A stretch of 43,647 nt of DNA from contig CAZXDO010000024.1 of the NCBI GenBank assembly GCA_964639325.1, forward strand, positions 1 through 43,647. Direction: 5' to 3'. Positions 6,411-16,116 of this stretch are shown piece by piece. The notes beneath the pieces are model-generated. The model was not told where the DNA came from. It made no database searches and saw only the letters and a list, made by a program, of their open reading frames with translations. Source of the DNA: an uncultured Candidatus Saccharibacteria bacterium. Its GTDB lineage: Bacteria; Patescibacteriota; Minisyncoccia; UBA6257; GWB1-50-10. Both the position numbers and the translations under genes were made by a program. The number at the start of each line of letters is the position of its first letter. Within the stretch, counting starts at the first letter, position 1.

Positions 6411-7637
6411 TTATGGCATTAAATTTTTTAAAAACTTTTTAACAACTTCCACCGGCCCTGAAGGCTGGATTACTTCTTCATTTCCCCAAATAAGCAAACC
6501 GACTGCTGTAGAAAATTCCGGGTCTTCAATAAGATCCTTGTGAGTAGGATTAATTGCTTCAAGACCGTCAACTTGAGGATAACCTATCTGAACCGGCAAT
6601 TTCAATTCTCTTTTTATTAATTCATCCATACCGGCAATCTTAACCCCGCCTCCGCATATCACTGCTCCGGCAGGTAATTGAACTGAACCGGTAGCTTCCT
6701 TTAACTCATCGTTAACTAATTCTAAAATTTCTTCTAAACGAATTTCAATTATTTCTGAAATAAATTTGCTTGAAACCTCAGTATTATCTTTAACCGAAAC
6801 ATCAATTTCAGAAAGATCTATCTTTTCCTTCCTGGAAACATCCTTTGATATAGCATAGCCGTAAGTCTTTTTAATTTTTTCAGCTAGATCAATTGAAACT
6901 TTAAGGCCCATGGCAATGTCATTGGTAACGTGACCGGACCCCACGGGCAAACTTTTTGAATGAACCACTTTCCCCTCTTCATAAACAACCAAAGAGGTGG
7001 TACCGCCGCCAAAATCTATTAAAACTGTTCCTAATTCTTTTTGTCTTTTAGAAAGAACTGCCCGACCAGACGCCAAAGGTGAAAAAATTATTCCAGACAC
7101 ATCCCCGCCTGTCTTCTTTAAAAGTTCAACAAGCTTTTTTATATGAGGATGAAAAGCTTGAATAAGCATAGTTGAAACTTCAAGGCGGCTGCCTTTCATT
7201 CCAACAGGGTCGGTAATTTCTCCTACGTCATCTACTAAATATTCAGAAACAACATTATGAAGAATAGTGTAATTTCCTTGGCTGAATTTGATTGCCTCTG
7301 AGGCTTGAAAAACTCTATCAACATCATCTTGCTGAATTTCTTGATCAGCTCTTGAAACTGCTACAATCCCCCTGCTCAACCTGGGAATAATGTGCTTTCC
7401 ATTAATGTTAATAAAGATATTTTCAGTAGCCTTCTTAGAAACTTTTTCCAAGTCAACCATTACCTTACGAAAAACTTTTAAGGCCTCTTCTTCGTCAACT
7501 AAAACCCCTTTCCTTAAACCGGCCGAAGGGTGTGAAAAAACGGAAATAACGGAAAGAGTTCCGTCCTTTTTTTTGTCCGCAACCACTCCTTTAATAGAAG
7601 AGGTTCCGATATCTAGTCCTGTGATAATATTTGCCAT
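6411..7637 (-). CDS. ftsA: Cell division protein FtsA
   Basis: GLDIGTSSIKGVV and DFGGGTTS actin-fold motifs. It lies directly upstream of ftsZ. Confidence 0.9.
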   Translation of the reverse strand: MANIITGLDIGTSSIKGVVADKKKDGTLSVISVFSHPSAGLRKGVLVDEEEALKVFRKVMVDLEKVSKKATENIFININGKHIIPRLSRGIVAVSRADQEIQQDDVDRVFQASEAIKFSQGNYTILHNVVSEYLVDDVGEITDPVGMKGSRLEVSTMLIQAFHPHIKKLVELLKKTGGDVSGIIFSPLASGRAVLSKRQKELGTVLIDFGGGTTSLVVYEEGKVVHSKSLPVGSGHVTNDIAMGLKVSIDLAEKIKKTYGYAISKDVSRKEKIDLSEIDVSVKDNTEVSSKFISEIIEIRLEEILELVNDELKEATGSVQLPAGAVICGGGVKIAGMDELIKRELKLPVQIGYPQVDGLEAINPTHKDLIEDPEFSTAVGLLIWGNEEVIQPSGPVEVVKKFLKNLMP

Positions 7638-8032
7638 ATTTTATCTTCAACTCGTTCCATTTCTATAGTATCACTTCTCCTTTTGTGTGTATAGCCTAAA
7701 AGATGGAGTAATCCGTGAATAGCCACCCTTACAGAATCCATTTCTTTCTTTTTTATTGTTCGGGGAGCCAAATATATTTCCCCTAACTTACGCGGCTCAC
7801 CCTTAATACGAGGAATTTCTTCGGGCTCTTCAAAACTAAGGACGGTAGTTGAACCCTCTTTGCCCCTTGATTTTTTATTAACAAGAGCCATTTCTTTGTC
7901 TTCAAGAAGACAAACTTCAACAGAACAATTATCTTTCCCCAAAAAATGAAGCGCCTTTAAGAGCGCTTCCTCTATTTTATTAGCTAAATCACTAAAACCC
8001 TCTTTACTTACGACGTCCACTAAAAGGGCCAT
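7613..8032 (-). CDS. ybeY: rRNA maturation endoribonuclease YbeY
   Basis: HGLLHLLGYTH metal-binding motif; 139 aa. Confidence 0.85.
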   Translation of the reverse strand: MALLVDVVSKEGFSDLANKIEEALLKALHFLGKDNCSVEVCLLEDKEMALVNKKSRGKEGSTTVLSFEEPEEIPRIKGEPRKLGEIYLAPRTIKKKEMDSVRVAIHGLLHLLGYTHKRRSDTIEMERVEDKIWQILSQD

Positions 8033-8240
8033 GACCGTATTTCGTTAATTCTTCTATTTCTTTTCTTTTCTTGTCACGATACAAAGCTGACTTTCGCTGC
8101 TGATTTTTACTCAATTCTTTCTGATAAAACATCCGCTTCTTGGCCTCTCTCAGCACTCCGCTTCTCTTTATTTTCCGATTAAATCGGTAAAGTAAAGAAA
8201 TAAAATTTTCTCCTTTTCTTTTTTTTACTTTAATAGACAT
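8004..8240 (-). CDS. rpsU: 30S ribosomal protein S21
   Basis: Small and highly basic. FNRKIKRSGVLREAKKRMFYQK. Confidence 0.8.
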   Translation of the reverse strand: MSIKVKKRKGENFISLLYRFNRKIKRSGVLREAKKRMFYQKELSKNQQRKSALYRDKKRKEIEELTKYGHGPFSGRRK

Positions 8241-8254
8241 TTTAATAAAATAAT

Positions 8255-8668
8255 TTATTTATTTACTTGCCGTATTTTTTCTGCAATATCCGATAATTTT
8301 TTTTCAGAAGGGCTGTTTATTACATCTTGAATGGAACCGCCCTTATCTCCTTCAAATCTAGGAATAATATGGAAATGAAGATGGTCTACCACCTGTCCAG
8401 AAATTTCTCCGTGGTTTAAACCCATAGTATAACCGGAAGGGTTTAGTGCTTTCTCTATCATTTCTGAAACAATCTTCACTCCCTTAAAGAAAGGTTCAAT
8501 TTTTTCATCCGGCAATTCCAAAAGATTTGAAACATGAATCTTGGGTATAACCATAGTATGTCCTAGTGATCTAGGATTAACATCCAAAAAAGCTACAATA
8601 TCATCATCCTCATAAACTTTTTCAGCCGGAATATCACCTTTTATTATTTTGCAAAAAATACAATCCAT
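8255..8668 (-). CDS. HIT-family nucleotide hydrolase
   Basis: Histidine triad HLHFHIIPR; N-terminal CIFCKII. Confidence 0.85.
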   Translation of the reverse strand: MDCIFCKIIKGDIPAEKVYEDDDIVAFLDVNPRSLGHTMVIPKIHVSNLLELPDEKIEPFFKGVKIVSEMIEKALNPSGYTMGLNHGEISGQVVDHLHFHIIPRFEGDKGGSIQDVINSPSEKKLSDIAEKIRQVNK

Positions 8669-8705
8669 TAGCGTAGCTACATTATTATTGTTATACCAAC
8701 TATTG

Positions 8706-10055
8706 TCAACAATGACTCCTCTTTTTTATCTTTTTTAATCTTGATTTAATCTTCTCCACCATATCCTCCAAAGGAACAGTTTCCTGAATACCTGTATCAA
8801 GCTCTCTCATAACAGCCGTACCCTCAAAAACTTCTTTTTGTCCGTATATCAAAACTAGGCCCACTCCGCTTTTTTCAGCCGCTTTCATTTGCGACTTAAA
8901 AGTTTTTCTACCCAAACATTCAACAACCACTACGCCTTTTTTTCTAAACTTATGAATAATTTCTAAACTAGAATTTTTAGCCGCTTCCCCTACGGCCACA
9001 AAAAACAATTCATCCTTTTTTCCCTTTTCTTCCTTTGTTTTTATATTAGTTTTCAATAAATAATCAATGAGGTTGTCCAAATAAATTTCTCCGCTGACCG
9101 AAGGAAGCTGTCTTCCCCCAATTCTTTCTGCTAAATAATCTTGGCGCCCCCCTGAAGCAATTGGTATTTCCAAATTCTCATCAGGGTAAACCTCAAAAAC
9201 AAATTTGTTGTAATAATTTTTATTCCCAAACAAATAAGGATCTGAAACATAATCCACACCATTATCTTCAATAAGGGCAAGAACCTTTTGAAAATGGCTG
9301 TTACAATTTTGGCAAAGATGATCCAAAATATTAGGAGCATTATCACGCACATCAAGACATTTATCTCTCCAACATCTAAAAACTGTTACGGGGTCTTGCT
9401 CGCAACGCTCTCTACACTCACCACAAATCTTATTCTTGTTAAAATCACAGTAATTTTTAAGCTTTTCTTGAAAACCGGGACGGCAAACTCGGCAGCCAAC
9501 GGTGTTAACCTTTAAAACAGGGTTGGTTATCTTCAAATCATTTAACAAATCTAAAATAGCTAAAACTACTTGAGCATCATAAACCGGATCATTGTCCCCT
9601 ATTATTTGAAAACCCCATTCACGGAATTGGCATTTTTCTCCCCTGCCGTTTTTTCTAAAAACCGGACCAGAATAATATGCCTTCAAAGGGAGAGAAAAAT
9701 AACCAAGCTGGTTCTCTAAATAACTCCTCATAACAGAAACACTGCCTTCCGGCCTTAAAACCATTTTTGTCCTTGTACCTGATTTAAAGGTAAAAAGCTT
9801 TTTTTCAGAAAAATCAAAATCTCTTTCCAGTGCCCTTTCAAACAACTCGGCTCTTTCTACTACCGGCGTTTCAACATAATGAAAATGGTGAAATTTAGCT
9901 ATTTTATTTCCAACATCCCAAACTGTCCTCCATAAATCTGTATTTTTTGGAGAAACATCAGCCATACCTTCCACCCCCTTAATCCCCTTAAACCTCTTGT
10001 CTCCATTTTTCTTGGGTTTCTTATTGGTGTTAAATTTTTTAGAGGATTTGGCCAT
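8706..10055 (-). CDS. hisS: Histidyl-tRNA synthetase (start moved to the ATG at 10055)
   Basis: LRPEGSVSVMRSY, YYSGPVFRK..QFREWGFQIIG, and a Cys-rich insertion domain. It has a short K-rich N-terminal extension. Confidence 0.85.
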   Translation of the reverse strand: MAKSSKKFNTNKKPKKNGDKRFKGIKGVEGMADVSPKNTDLWRTVWDVGNKIAKFHHFHYVETPVVERAELFERALERDFDFSEKKLFTFKSGTRTKMVLRPEGSVSVMRSYLENQLGYFSLPLKAYYSGPVFRKNGRGEKCQFREWGFQIIGDNDPVYDAQVVLAILDLLNDLKITNPVLKVNTVGCRVCRPGFQEKLKNYCDFNKNKICGECRERCEQDPVTVFRCWRDKCLDVRDNAPNILDHLCQNCNSHFQKVLALIEDNGVDYVSDPYLFGNKNYYNKFVFEVYPDENLEIPIASGGRQDYLAERIGGRQLPSVSGEIYLDNLIDYLLKTNIKTKEEKGKKDELFFVAVGEAAKNSSLEIIHKFRKKGVVVVECLGRKTFKSQMKAAEKSGVGLVLIYGQKEVFEGTAVMRELDTGIQETVPLEDMVEKIKSRLKKIKKRSHC

Positions 10056-10114
10056 ATGTATAAATAGATAGTTAATAAAACTCGGAGCAACAGAAACTAA
10101 AAACAAGTTACAAA

Positions 10115-10654
10115 CTAATATTCTGGTGCTGTTATTGCCATTGCCTCGTTAACCGGCCATAGCCGAAAACGAACTAAACCTATAACATTAGAATCTTTCA
10201 AAGCCCCCCAGCTTCGCGAATCAAAACTAAAATCACGATTATCCCCCATTACAAAATATTCGCCTTCATCAAGTTTAACCTCGTATTTTCTACCGCTATT
10301 CTTATCAAGAACATAATTTTCCTCTAATGCGTTTTCCTTGCCGTCCTTAACCACACTTACCCGATCTCCGTCTATAACTAAACTCTCTCCGGGCAAACCA
10401 ATTATTCTTTTGATATAATATGAATGGCCGTCAGTGGGACTTTTAAAAACTATAACCTCTCCTCTCTTGGGTTCGCGAAAACGGTAAGTTAACTCATCAA
10501 CTAATAAATAGTTTCCATTCTCAAAACTAGGCTCCATACTTGAACCGCTTACTAAAAAGGGCTGAGTAACAAAAGTACGGATAAGAACTACTGCCACAAC
10601 AGCAATTATTACCGTTTCGAATATTTCAAAAAATGACCAAAATATCTTCTTCAT
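10115..10654 (-). CDS. lepB: Signal peptidase I
   Basis: N-terminal TM segment, GSSMEPSF, YIKRIIGLPGE, GDNRDFSFDSRSWG. Confidence 0.9.
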   Translation of the reverse strand: MKKIFWSFFEIFETVIIAVVAVVLIRTFVTQPFLVSGSSMEPSFENGNYLLVDELTYRFREPKRGEVIVFKSPTDGHSYYIKRIIGLPGESLVIDGDRVSVVKDGKENALEENYVLDKNSGRKYEVKLDEGEYFVMGDNRDFSFDSRSWGALKDSNVIGLVRFRLWPVNEAMAITAPEY

Positions 10655-10692
10655 CCTTTTTTGCTCTTTTGCTTTCTTGTATACTAAACAAA

Positions 10693-11190
10693 ATGAACAG
10701 TAATTTCAACATCAATAATATTAGGGCCGTAATTGGTCTGGGAAATCCCGAAAAAAAATACTTAAACACCTACCACAATGTAGGTTATATGCTTGTTGAT
10801 TATCTTTACAAAAAAAATCTTAATAACCCCTCCCTATTCACTACCGATTGCAATATGAATATATCCGGCCAATTTGTCCAAAAAATATTAAGTTATTACA
10901 AACTTAAACCCGAAGAAATAATTTTAATTCATGACGATTCAGATTTAAAAACAGGGCAATATAAACTATCTTTTGATCGAGGATCTGCCGGTCATAAAGG
11001 AATTGAATCGGTTATTAACCACTTGAAAACAAAAAAAATATGGCGTCTCAGAATAGGCATCCGTCCTGATAAAGTAACTGCTAAAGCTGAAAAATTTGTC
11101 CTTAAAAAAATTAATGAAAAAGAAAGAGAGGTTTTAGAAAAAACATTTTCTCAAATATATAAAGATATATTTTCTCCAAAAAATTCTTAG
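10693..11190 (+). CDS. pth: Peptidyl-tRNA hydrolase (start at the internal ATG 10693)
   Basis: IGLGNPEKKYLNTYHNVGY, IHDDSDL. Confidence 0.85.
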   Translation: MNSNFNINNIRAVIGLGNPEKKYLNTYHNVGYMLVDYLYKKNLNNPSLFTTDCNMNISGQFVQKILSYYKLKPEEIILIHDDSDLKTGQYKLSFDRGSAGHKGIESVINHLKTKKIWRLRIGIRPDKVTAKAEKFVLKKINEKEREVLEKTFSQIYKDIFSPKNS

Positions 11191-11203
11191 ATAAGTTTAA
11201 GGC

Positions 11204-12724
11204 CTACTCTTTAACTGCTCCTTTTCCCGTGTATCTAAAACTAACGTCAAAAGAAACAAAATTTCCTTCAGAAGTAAAAATTTTGGAAAAAGGCATATTA
11301 ACTTCTGTAAACCTGGGATCGTTTTCAAGAGTATTTTTAAACTCTATCACCTTGTCATAACTTGGAACCTTGCCTGATAAAGAAATAGGACTGTTTGTTG
11401 AACCAATATTAATACTGTCAATAATTAAGTCGTCCTCCTTGGTTAAACCCATTACTTCTTCCAAAATATTAGGTATTTCCCCTTCATTTTTCTTAACTTT
11501 TAGAACGGCGTCAACTAAAAAGTTAAACTCCTCAACGCTTTCTCTAAGACTATTTACCTCTTCTCGTTCCAAAGTAGTATCAAAAATCTCCAACCTTTCC
11601 CCTAAAGTTCTAGGCTGGGTATTAAGAAGAATATAAGACCCGATCGTTATAATTAGAAAAACAGCCGCTACCCCCAAAAACACATTCCTCCACATTTTTA
11701 TAAAATCTATCACCTGCTCTCTAAAAAATATATCGTCTACTCGAAAAGTTCCTAAACTTATATAATGATCTTTGGACCTGTTCCAATTTCCCCTTACAGC
11801 TGACCCCAATACCGTATACCAAGAAGAGTCCAAAGGTTGGATGCTAATTTGAAGAGGAGCTGCTTGAACCCGGAAGTTAGCTTCAATTAAACTTTTCATT
11901 TCCTGCTCCAGACCGGGCGCTATTACAAAAATATATTTCAAATCTTCATTAAACTTATTAGAAGCAAAATTAGACACCTTTTTAATTTCTTCCACAACCA
12001 CTCTGTTAAAGTCCTCTTTAACTATCTCTTTTTTGTTCCCTTGGACAGAACGCCAAGATCGGAAATAATCAAAATAAATAGAGCCGTCTCTTAAAAGAAA
12101 CAAATCTATTCCGTCACCGGATATATTTAAAATAAGAAAAGAATTTTCCCTTGGCCCGAATTCATTATTAATTACCCAAGATAAAGAAAGAGAGGGGAAT
12201 TCAAAAATTATTGGAGAAAAACCTGCTTTTTCTAAAAGATCCCTAAACTTATCTACCACCTCCGATTCTGCAAAAGCTCCTAAAAGATCAAATTTATCTC
12301 TTGTTTCTTTAATAAGCTGCCAGCTCATATAAGCCTTTTCTGCCGGGATGGGAGAAATGGTCTCCAGATTAAGATTCGCTGCTTCTTTTAATCGCTCTTT
12401 ACCTACGTTAGGAATACTATAACTTTGAGTGTAAACAACCGCAGAAGGCAGACAAACCACCGTCTTTATTTTCTCATCCGGATTCTCCGGAAATATCAAA
12501 CTATGAAGTTCTCTCAAATACGAAACAAAAGCTTCCTCATCTTGAACCTTTCCTCCTAAAACAATACCCGGAGGGAGCTTAACAGAAAAAGTTTGCGGTT
12601 TGTCATCTTTATTAATTTGAAGATATCGAAGATTTGAATCATTAATTTGAAAACCTCCCAATCGAGGTTTCAAAGCCAAGTTCTCAAAAAAAGCGGTTAA
12701 ATTTGCAAAAAGATTTTTTTTCAT
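11204..12724 (-). CDS. PilM-like actin-fold protein fused through a TM helix to a PilN-like C-terminal region
   Basis: The N-terminus, LGGFQINDSNLRYLQI..LPPGIVLGGKVQDEEAF, resembles the PilM N-terminus. A TM segment FLGVAAVFLIITIGSYILL follows, then an approximately 140-aa tail. The ATG at 12724 is preferred over the GTG at 12733. Confidence 0.5.
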   Translation of the reverse strand: MKKNLFANLTAFFENLALKPRLGGFQINDSNLRYLQINKDDKPQTFSVKLPPGIVLGGKVQDEEAFVSYLRELHSLIFPENPDEKIKTVVCLPSAVVYTQSYSIPNVGKERLKEAANLNLETISPIPAEKAYMSWQLIKETRDKFDLLGAFAESEVVDKFRDLLEKAGFSPIIFEFPSLSLSWVINNEFGPRENSFLILNISGDGIDLFLLRDGSIYFDYFRSWRSVQGNKKEIVKEDFNRVVVEEIKKVSNFASNKFNEDLKYIFVIAPGLEQEMKSLIEANFRVQAAPLQISIQPLDSSWYTVLGSAVRGNWNRSKDHYISLGTFRVDDIFFREQVIDFIKMWRNVFLGVAAVFLIITIGSYILLNTQPRTLGERLEIFDTTLEREEVNSLRESVEEFNFLVDAVLKVKKNEGEIPNILEEVMGLTKEDDLIIDSINIGSTNSPISLSGKVPSYDKVIEFKNTLENDPRFTEVNMPFSKIFTSEGNFVSFDVSFRYTGKGAVKE

Positions 12725-12771
12725 GTCACACACTAAATTTAATTTTTCCTATTTTTTAATTCTAATAAAAA

Positions 12772-13215
12772 TTATTCAATAGAAACCTCTTCTACTGATT
12801 GGAGATTAACTTTCCCCGTTAATTGGTCAACTATTAATTTTGCTCTTACTTTTCTTTCCCGATTTCTTGCACTGGCCGTAGATTCAACAGTATAAATATA
12901 AAGATTATTTTGTTCATCAACCGACCTAGAAATAGAAACAGAAACCGTATCATCACCTACTCCGGTTTCATAGTCTACACCGCCTGCCCCAAACTCTTTA
13001 TTACTTGAAATCTTAACTATTGCATCATACATCCCCGTATTAGCAGCAGAGAGAGCTCTAACAGAAAGACGTTCTCCCAAAGAAGAAGCGCTGACAAAAA
13101 ATGAAATAAAGGATCCGGCAATAACAATTTCAATAATTATTCCTCCAATTAAAAGAACAAAAGGAAGAGCAATCTGCCCCTTTGAATTATACAGGTTATT
13201 TAATCTCAACTCCAT
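12772..13215 (-). CDS. PilX_N-like putative minor pilin / membrane-anchored protein
   Basis: KGQIALPFVLLIGGIIIEIV hydrophobic N-terminus followed by RALSAANTGMYDAI. The ATG at 13215 is preferred over the TTG at 13236. Confidence 0.4.
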   Translation of the reverse strand: MELRLNNLYNSKGQIALPFVLLIGGIIIEIVIAGSFISFFVSASSLGERLSVRALSAANTGMYDAIVKISSNKEFGAGGVDYETGVGDDTVSVSISRSVDEQNNLYIYTVESTASARNRERKVRAKLIVDQLTGKVNLQSVEEVSIE

Positions 13216-13261
13216 CTTGTTAATTATAAACCCCAAGCTTTAAATTCCAAAGACTATAAAA

Positions 13262-13297
13262 AATTATCCCTTGCAACAAAAAATGCAAGGGATAATT
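13262..13297 (-). terminator. Intrinsic terminator
   Basis: aattatcccttgca / tgcaagggataatt form a 14-bp stem, followed by a T-run on the minus strand. Confidence 0.65.
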
Positions 13298-13321
13298 ATT
13301 TTTCGCAAGTTATAAGAATTT

Positions 13322-13753
13322 CTACTCAATAGAAGCTTCTTCTTGTTGCTGAGGCTGAACTTGCTGTTGCTGTTGAGGTACCTGTTGCTGTTGAGGCAAA
13401 AGGTCAGGATTTTCTTCTAACAATTGAGCCATCTGCCCGGTTGAATCAAGCTCAGTACTCCAAAGCACTTGGTCTTTGTTTATATTCAAGAAATCACCCG
13501 GACCCCAGAAAACATTTTTAAATCTCTGAACCGAGTAAGGATTGTCTTGGTCTTCCATATTAACCTGAATGGTGTAAACCTGACTCATACCGTACTTTGG
13601 AAAATGAACTAATTTTCCAAAGTATAAATCACCGGTAGTAAGGTAAACTGCACTAAACTTAGAACTGCCTACCATCTTCCATATCCCCCAACCTGCAATT
13701 AAAAGAATTACAACAATAATTGCAATTAAAAGAATTAAGTTAACTTTTTTCAT
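13322..13753 (-). CDS. Hypothetical N-terminally anchored protein with a Gln-rich C-terminal tail
   Basis: TM segment LILLIAIIVVILLIAGWGIW. The tail PQQQQVPQQQQQVQPQQQEEASIE is encoded by a 15-bp tandem repeat, ctgttgctgttgagg x2. Confidence 0.55.
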   Translation of the reverse strand: MKKVNLILLIAIIVVILLIAGWGIWKMVGSSKFSAVYLTTGDLYFGKLVHFPKYGMSQVYTIQVNMEDQDNPYSVQRFKNVFWGPGDFLNINKDQVLWSTELDSTGQMAQLLEENPDLLPQQQQVPQQQQQVQPQQQEEASIE

Positions 13754-13815
13754 AATAATTTATTTTATTTTAATTTTTTATCTCGCGAAACTTTCTCACT
13801 AATATTACCTTAAAC

Positions 13816-14316
13816 TTATCGCGCTTTTATTACTAACGACCCTTTTATTTCCTTTCCTCCGGGGCATATATCCCGGCAAAGGTAAGTGTATGTTCCTGAA
13901 GACAAGGCTTGAAATTCAAGCACTTTCTCATCACCCTCTTCTATAATTTGGTAATGACCTGTGTCGGGCAAGAAAATGTCATAACTAACTCCATCTGTTA
14001 TTAAATCAATATGTACCGTATCGCCTTGGTTAACCACAATCTCCTCCGGATCAAAACCGTCTTTGGTAGCTGTCATTTCAAAAGTTCTTAAACTGGCCTC
14101 ACTCCCAGGAGCTGCTTTAGCCTCGCTCTTGGGCTCTGTCAATTCTATATCTTCATCAGGAATTTCCGGGTTAAAAGTTTCAGTTCCTACTGTTTCTTCA
14201 TTTTCTAAAACATCGCCATTATCTTCAATAACGCCCTTTTTACCGCCTAGGGCAATAATAACCAAAACTATAGCAACCACTATTACTAAACCTATTAAAA
14301 TTCCTTTTTTATTCAT
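13816..14316 (-). CDS. Membrane-anchored cupredoxin-like domain protein
   Basis: An N-terminal TM segment, an acidic linker, then FDPEEIVVNQGDTVHIDL..GTYTYLCRDICPGG..GSLVI, which resembles a cupredoxin fold. Confidence 0.45.
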   Translation of the reverse strand: MNKKGILIGLVIVVAIVLVIIALGGKKGVIEDNGDVLENEETVGTETFNPEIPDEDIELTEPKSEAKAAPGSEASLRTFEMTATKDGFDPEEIVVNQGDTVHIDLITDGVSYDIFLPDTGHYQIIEEGDEKVLEFQALSSGTYTYLCRDICPGGKEIKGSLVIKAR

Positions 14317-14381
14317 GGACTTATTATATTTATTTATCTTCTTTAATTATATTAAGCAAAACAACAAAGGTAAACAGGGGC

Positions 14382-14390
14382 TGTGGATAA
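14382..14390 (-). promoter_or_regulatory. Perfect DnaA-box 9-mer (TTATCCACA)
   Basis: The plus strand reads tgtggataa, 2 nt past the antiporter stop and about 70 nt upstream of the cupredoxin-like gene. Confidence 0.3.
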
Positions 14391-14392
14391 CA

Positions 14393-16081
14393 CTATGTCA
14401 CAATATCCTCTCTCTTTATCATTTCAAAATCTTTTTCTTTTAAGTTTTCAAGGGTTTCTAAATTAGGATCCTTAGATACAATTTTTTTAAGGTAATGTCC
14501 TGAAACAAAGTTAGGCATTAAAACATAATCTGCTCCTGATTCATAAAGAAGCTTGGCGTCGTTTTCTTCTTCAGCTCTAACAATAACCTTGGGAAAACCA
14601 TCTTCTCTCACCTCCTTAGTTATCTTCTCTACTAACATCAAATTATCGTCAAAATTAGGGCTAGTAGAAATAATCATTTTGGCCTTGCTAAAATCAACTT
14701 TCTCAAATATTTCAAAATCGGAAATATCCCCAAATATAGCCGTGTAACCTTTTTTACGAAGCTCGCTTACGATCACCGGATCAAAATCAATAATTAAAAT
14801 ATTCTCTAAAGGAACGTCCATAGCCAAAGCCTCGCCGGTACGATGGCAACCGATAAGAATCATTTCCTTGTCCAAATTTTCATCATCCAAATTTATTTTT
14901 TTCTTATTCTTCCTCTCAAAGATTCTTAAATAAGGAGAGAAGAATTTGAAAAGAGCGTCTGCGTTAACAATAAAGTAAGTTGAAACCGTAATGGTTATAA
15001 CCCCCACCGCCGTTATCAAAGCAACCACCTCCTCTCCTAAATGACCAACCTTTAATCCCAAAGCTGCTACAATCAAGCTGAACTCTGAAATTTGAGCAAC
15101 GGTTAAACCGGATAAAAAACTGGTTCTTTTTTCATGGCCCAAAAGCCCCATGATAGTTAAAACAATAAGAGGGTTGCCTATTAAAACAAAAACAGAAAAA
15201 GCTATTATCGGCCAAATAAGTCCGGAAAAGTCAACAAAGAAAACCGAAGAACCTAAAATAGCAAAAAAGACCACAATAAAGAAATCTCTAAGAGGTTTAA
15301 TTCGGGAAGAAATCTCAAAATGCTCTGAAGAATTTGCCAAAGCTAGTCCGGCTAAAAAACCACCCACTTCAATAGAAAAACCAATTCCTTTAGTTATTGC
15401 TGCTGCGGTAAAAAGCCAGGCCAAAGAACTTAAGAAAAGAAGCTCTTGGGATCGGGCTATCTTGTTAAATAAATAAGGGAAAAACTTCCGCCCTAAATAA
15501 AATATCAAGACAAAAAGAATAACTCCTTCTACTACCGTTAAAATAAGTTTCCCCGCAGAAAAACCTTCTCCGGACTCTATACCGGCCAAAAATATTAAAA
15601 CAAGAATAGCTATAAAATCTTGAACCAACAAAAAACCCACCGAAATCTTACCGTATAAACTATTCATAGCCCTCTTCTTTGAAAGCAGCTGAACCACAAT
15701 AATGGTACTTGAAAAGGTTAACCCTATAGCAATATAAGTAGCAGGAACTATTTCAAAACCAAATAGAATAGCAATTCCCAAACCAACTAAAAAGGTAAAC
15801 AATATCTGGCCCAAACCGACTATAAGAGATGTTTTCCCTACCAGACGCAGCGACTTATAATTAATCTCTAAACCAACCAAAAAAAGCAGGAACATTATCC
15901 CCATATCTGAAAAAACTTGAAGTACTTCCTGATTGTCAAAGTTAAAAAAACCAAAAAGGGCAATTACCACTCCCGTTACTATGTAAGCCAAAATAGTCGG
16001 CTGTTTTAACAACTCAGCAATAATTCCAAGAACCACCGCAAGAACAATAACAATAGCGAGTTCAATAAGGCCTGTAGTCAT
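14393..16081 (-). CDS. CPA2-family cation:proton antiporter with a C-terminal RCK/TrkA-N domain
   Basis: About 12 hydrophobic helices followed by the Rossmann-like segment ILIGCHRTGEAL..IIDFD. Confidence 0.8.
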   Translation of the reverse strand: MTTGLIELAIVIVLAVVLGIIAELLKQPTILAYIVTGVVIALFGFFNFDNQEVLQVFSDMGIMFLLFLVGLEINYKSLRLVGKTSLIVGLGQILFTFLVGLGIAILFGFEIVPATYIAIGLTFSSTIIVVQLLSKKRAMNSLYGKISVGFLLVQDFIAILVLIFLAGIESGEGFSAGKLILTVVEGVILFVLIFYLGRKFFPYLFNKIARSQELLFLSSLAWLFTAAAITKGIGFSIEVGGFLAGLALANSSEHFEISSRIKPLRDFFIVVFFAILGSSVFFVDFSGLIWPIIAFSVFVLIGNPLIVLTIMGLLGHEKRTSFLSGLTVAQISEFSLIVAALGLKVGHLGEEVVALITAVGVITITVSTYFIVNADALFKFFSPYLRIFERKNKKKINLDDENLDKEMILIGCHRTGEALAMDVPLENILIIDFDPVIVSELRKKGYTAIFGDISDFEIFEKVDFSKAKMIISTSPNFDDNLMLVEKITKEVREDGFPKVIVRAEEENDAKLLYESGADYVLMPNFVSGHYLKKIVSKDPNLETLENLKEKDFEMIKREDIVT

Positions 16082-16116
16082 GTTAATTCAAGATTATAAC
16101 AAAATTTAAAACTTAT

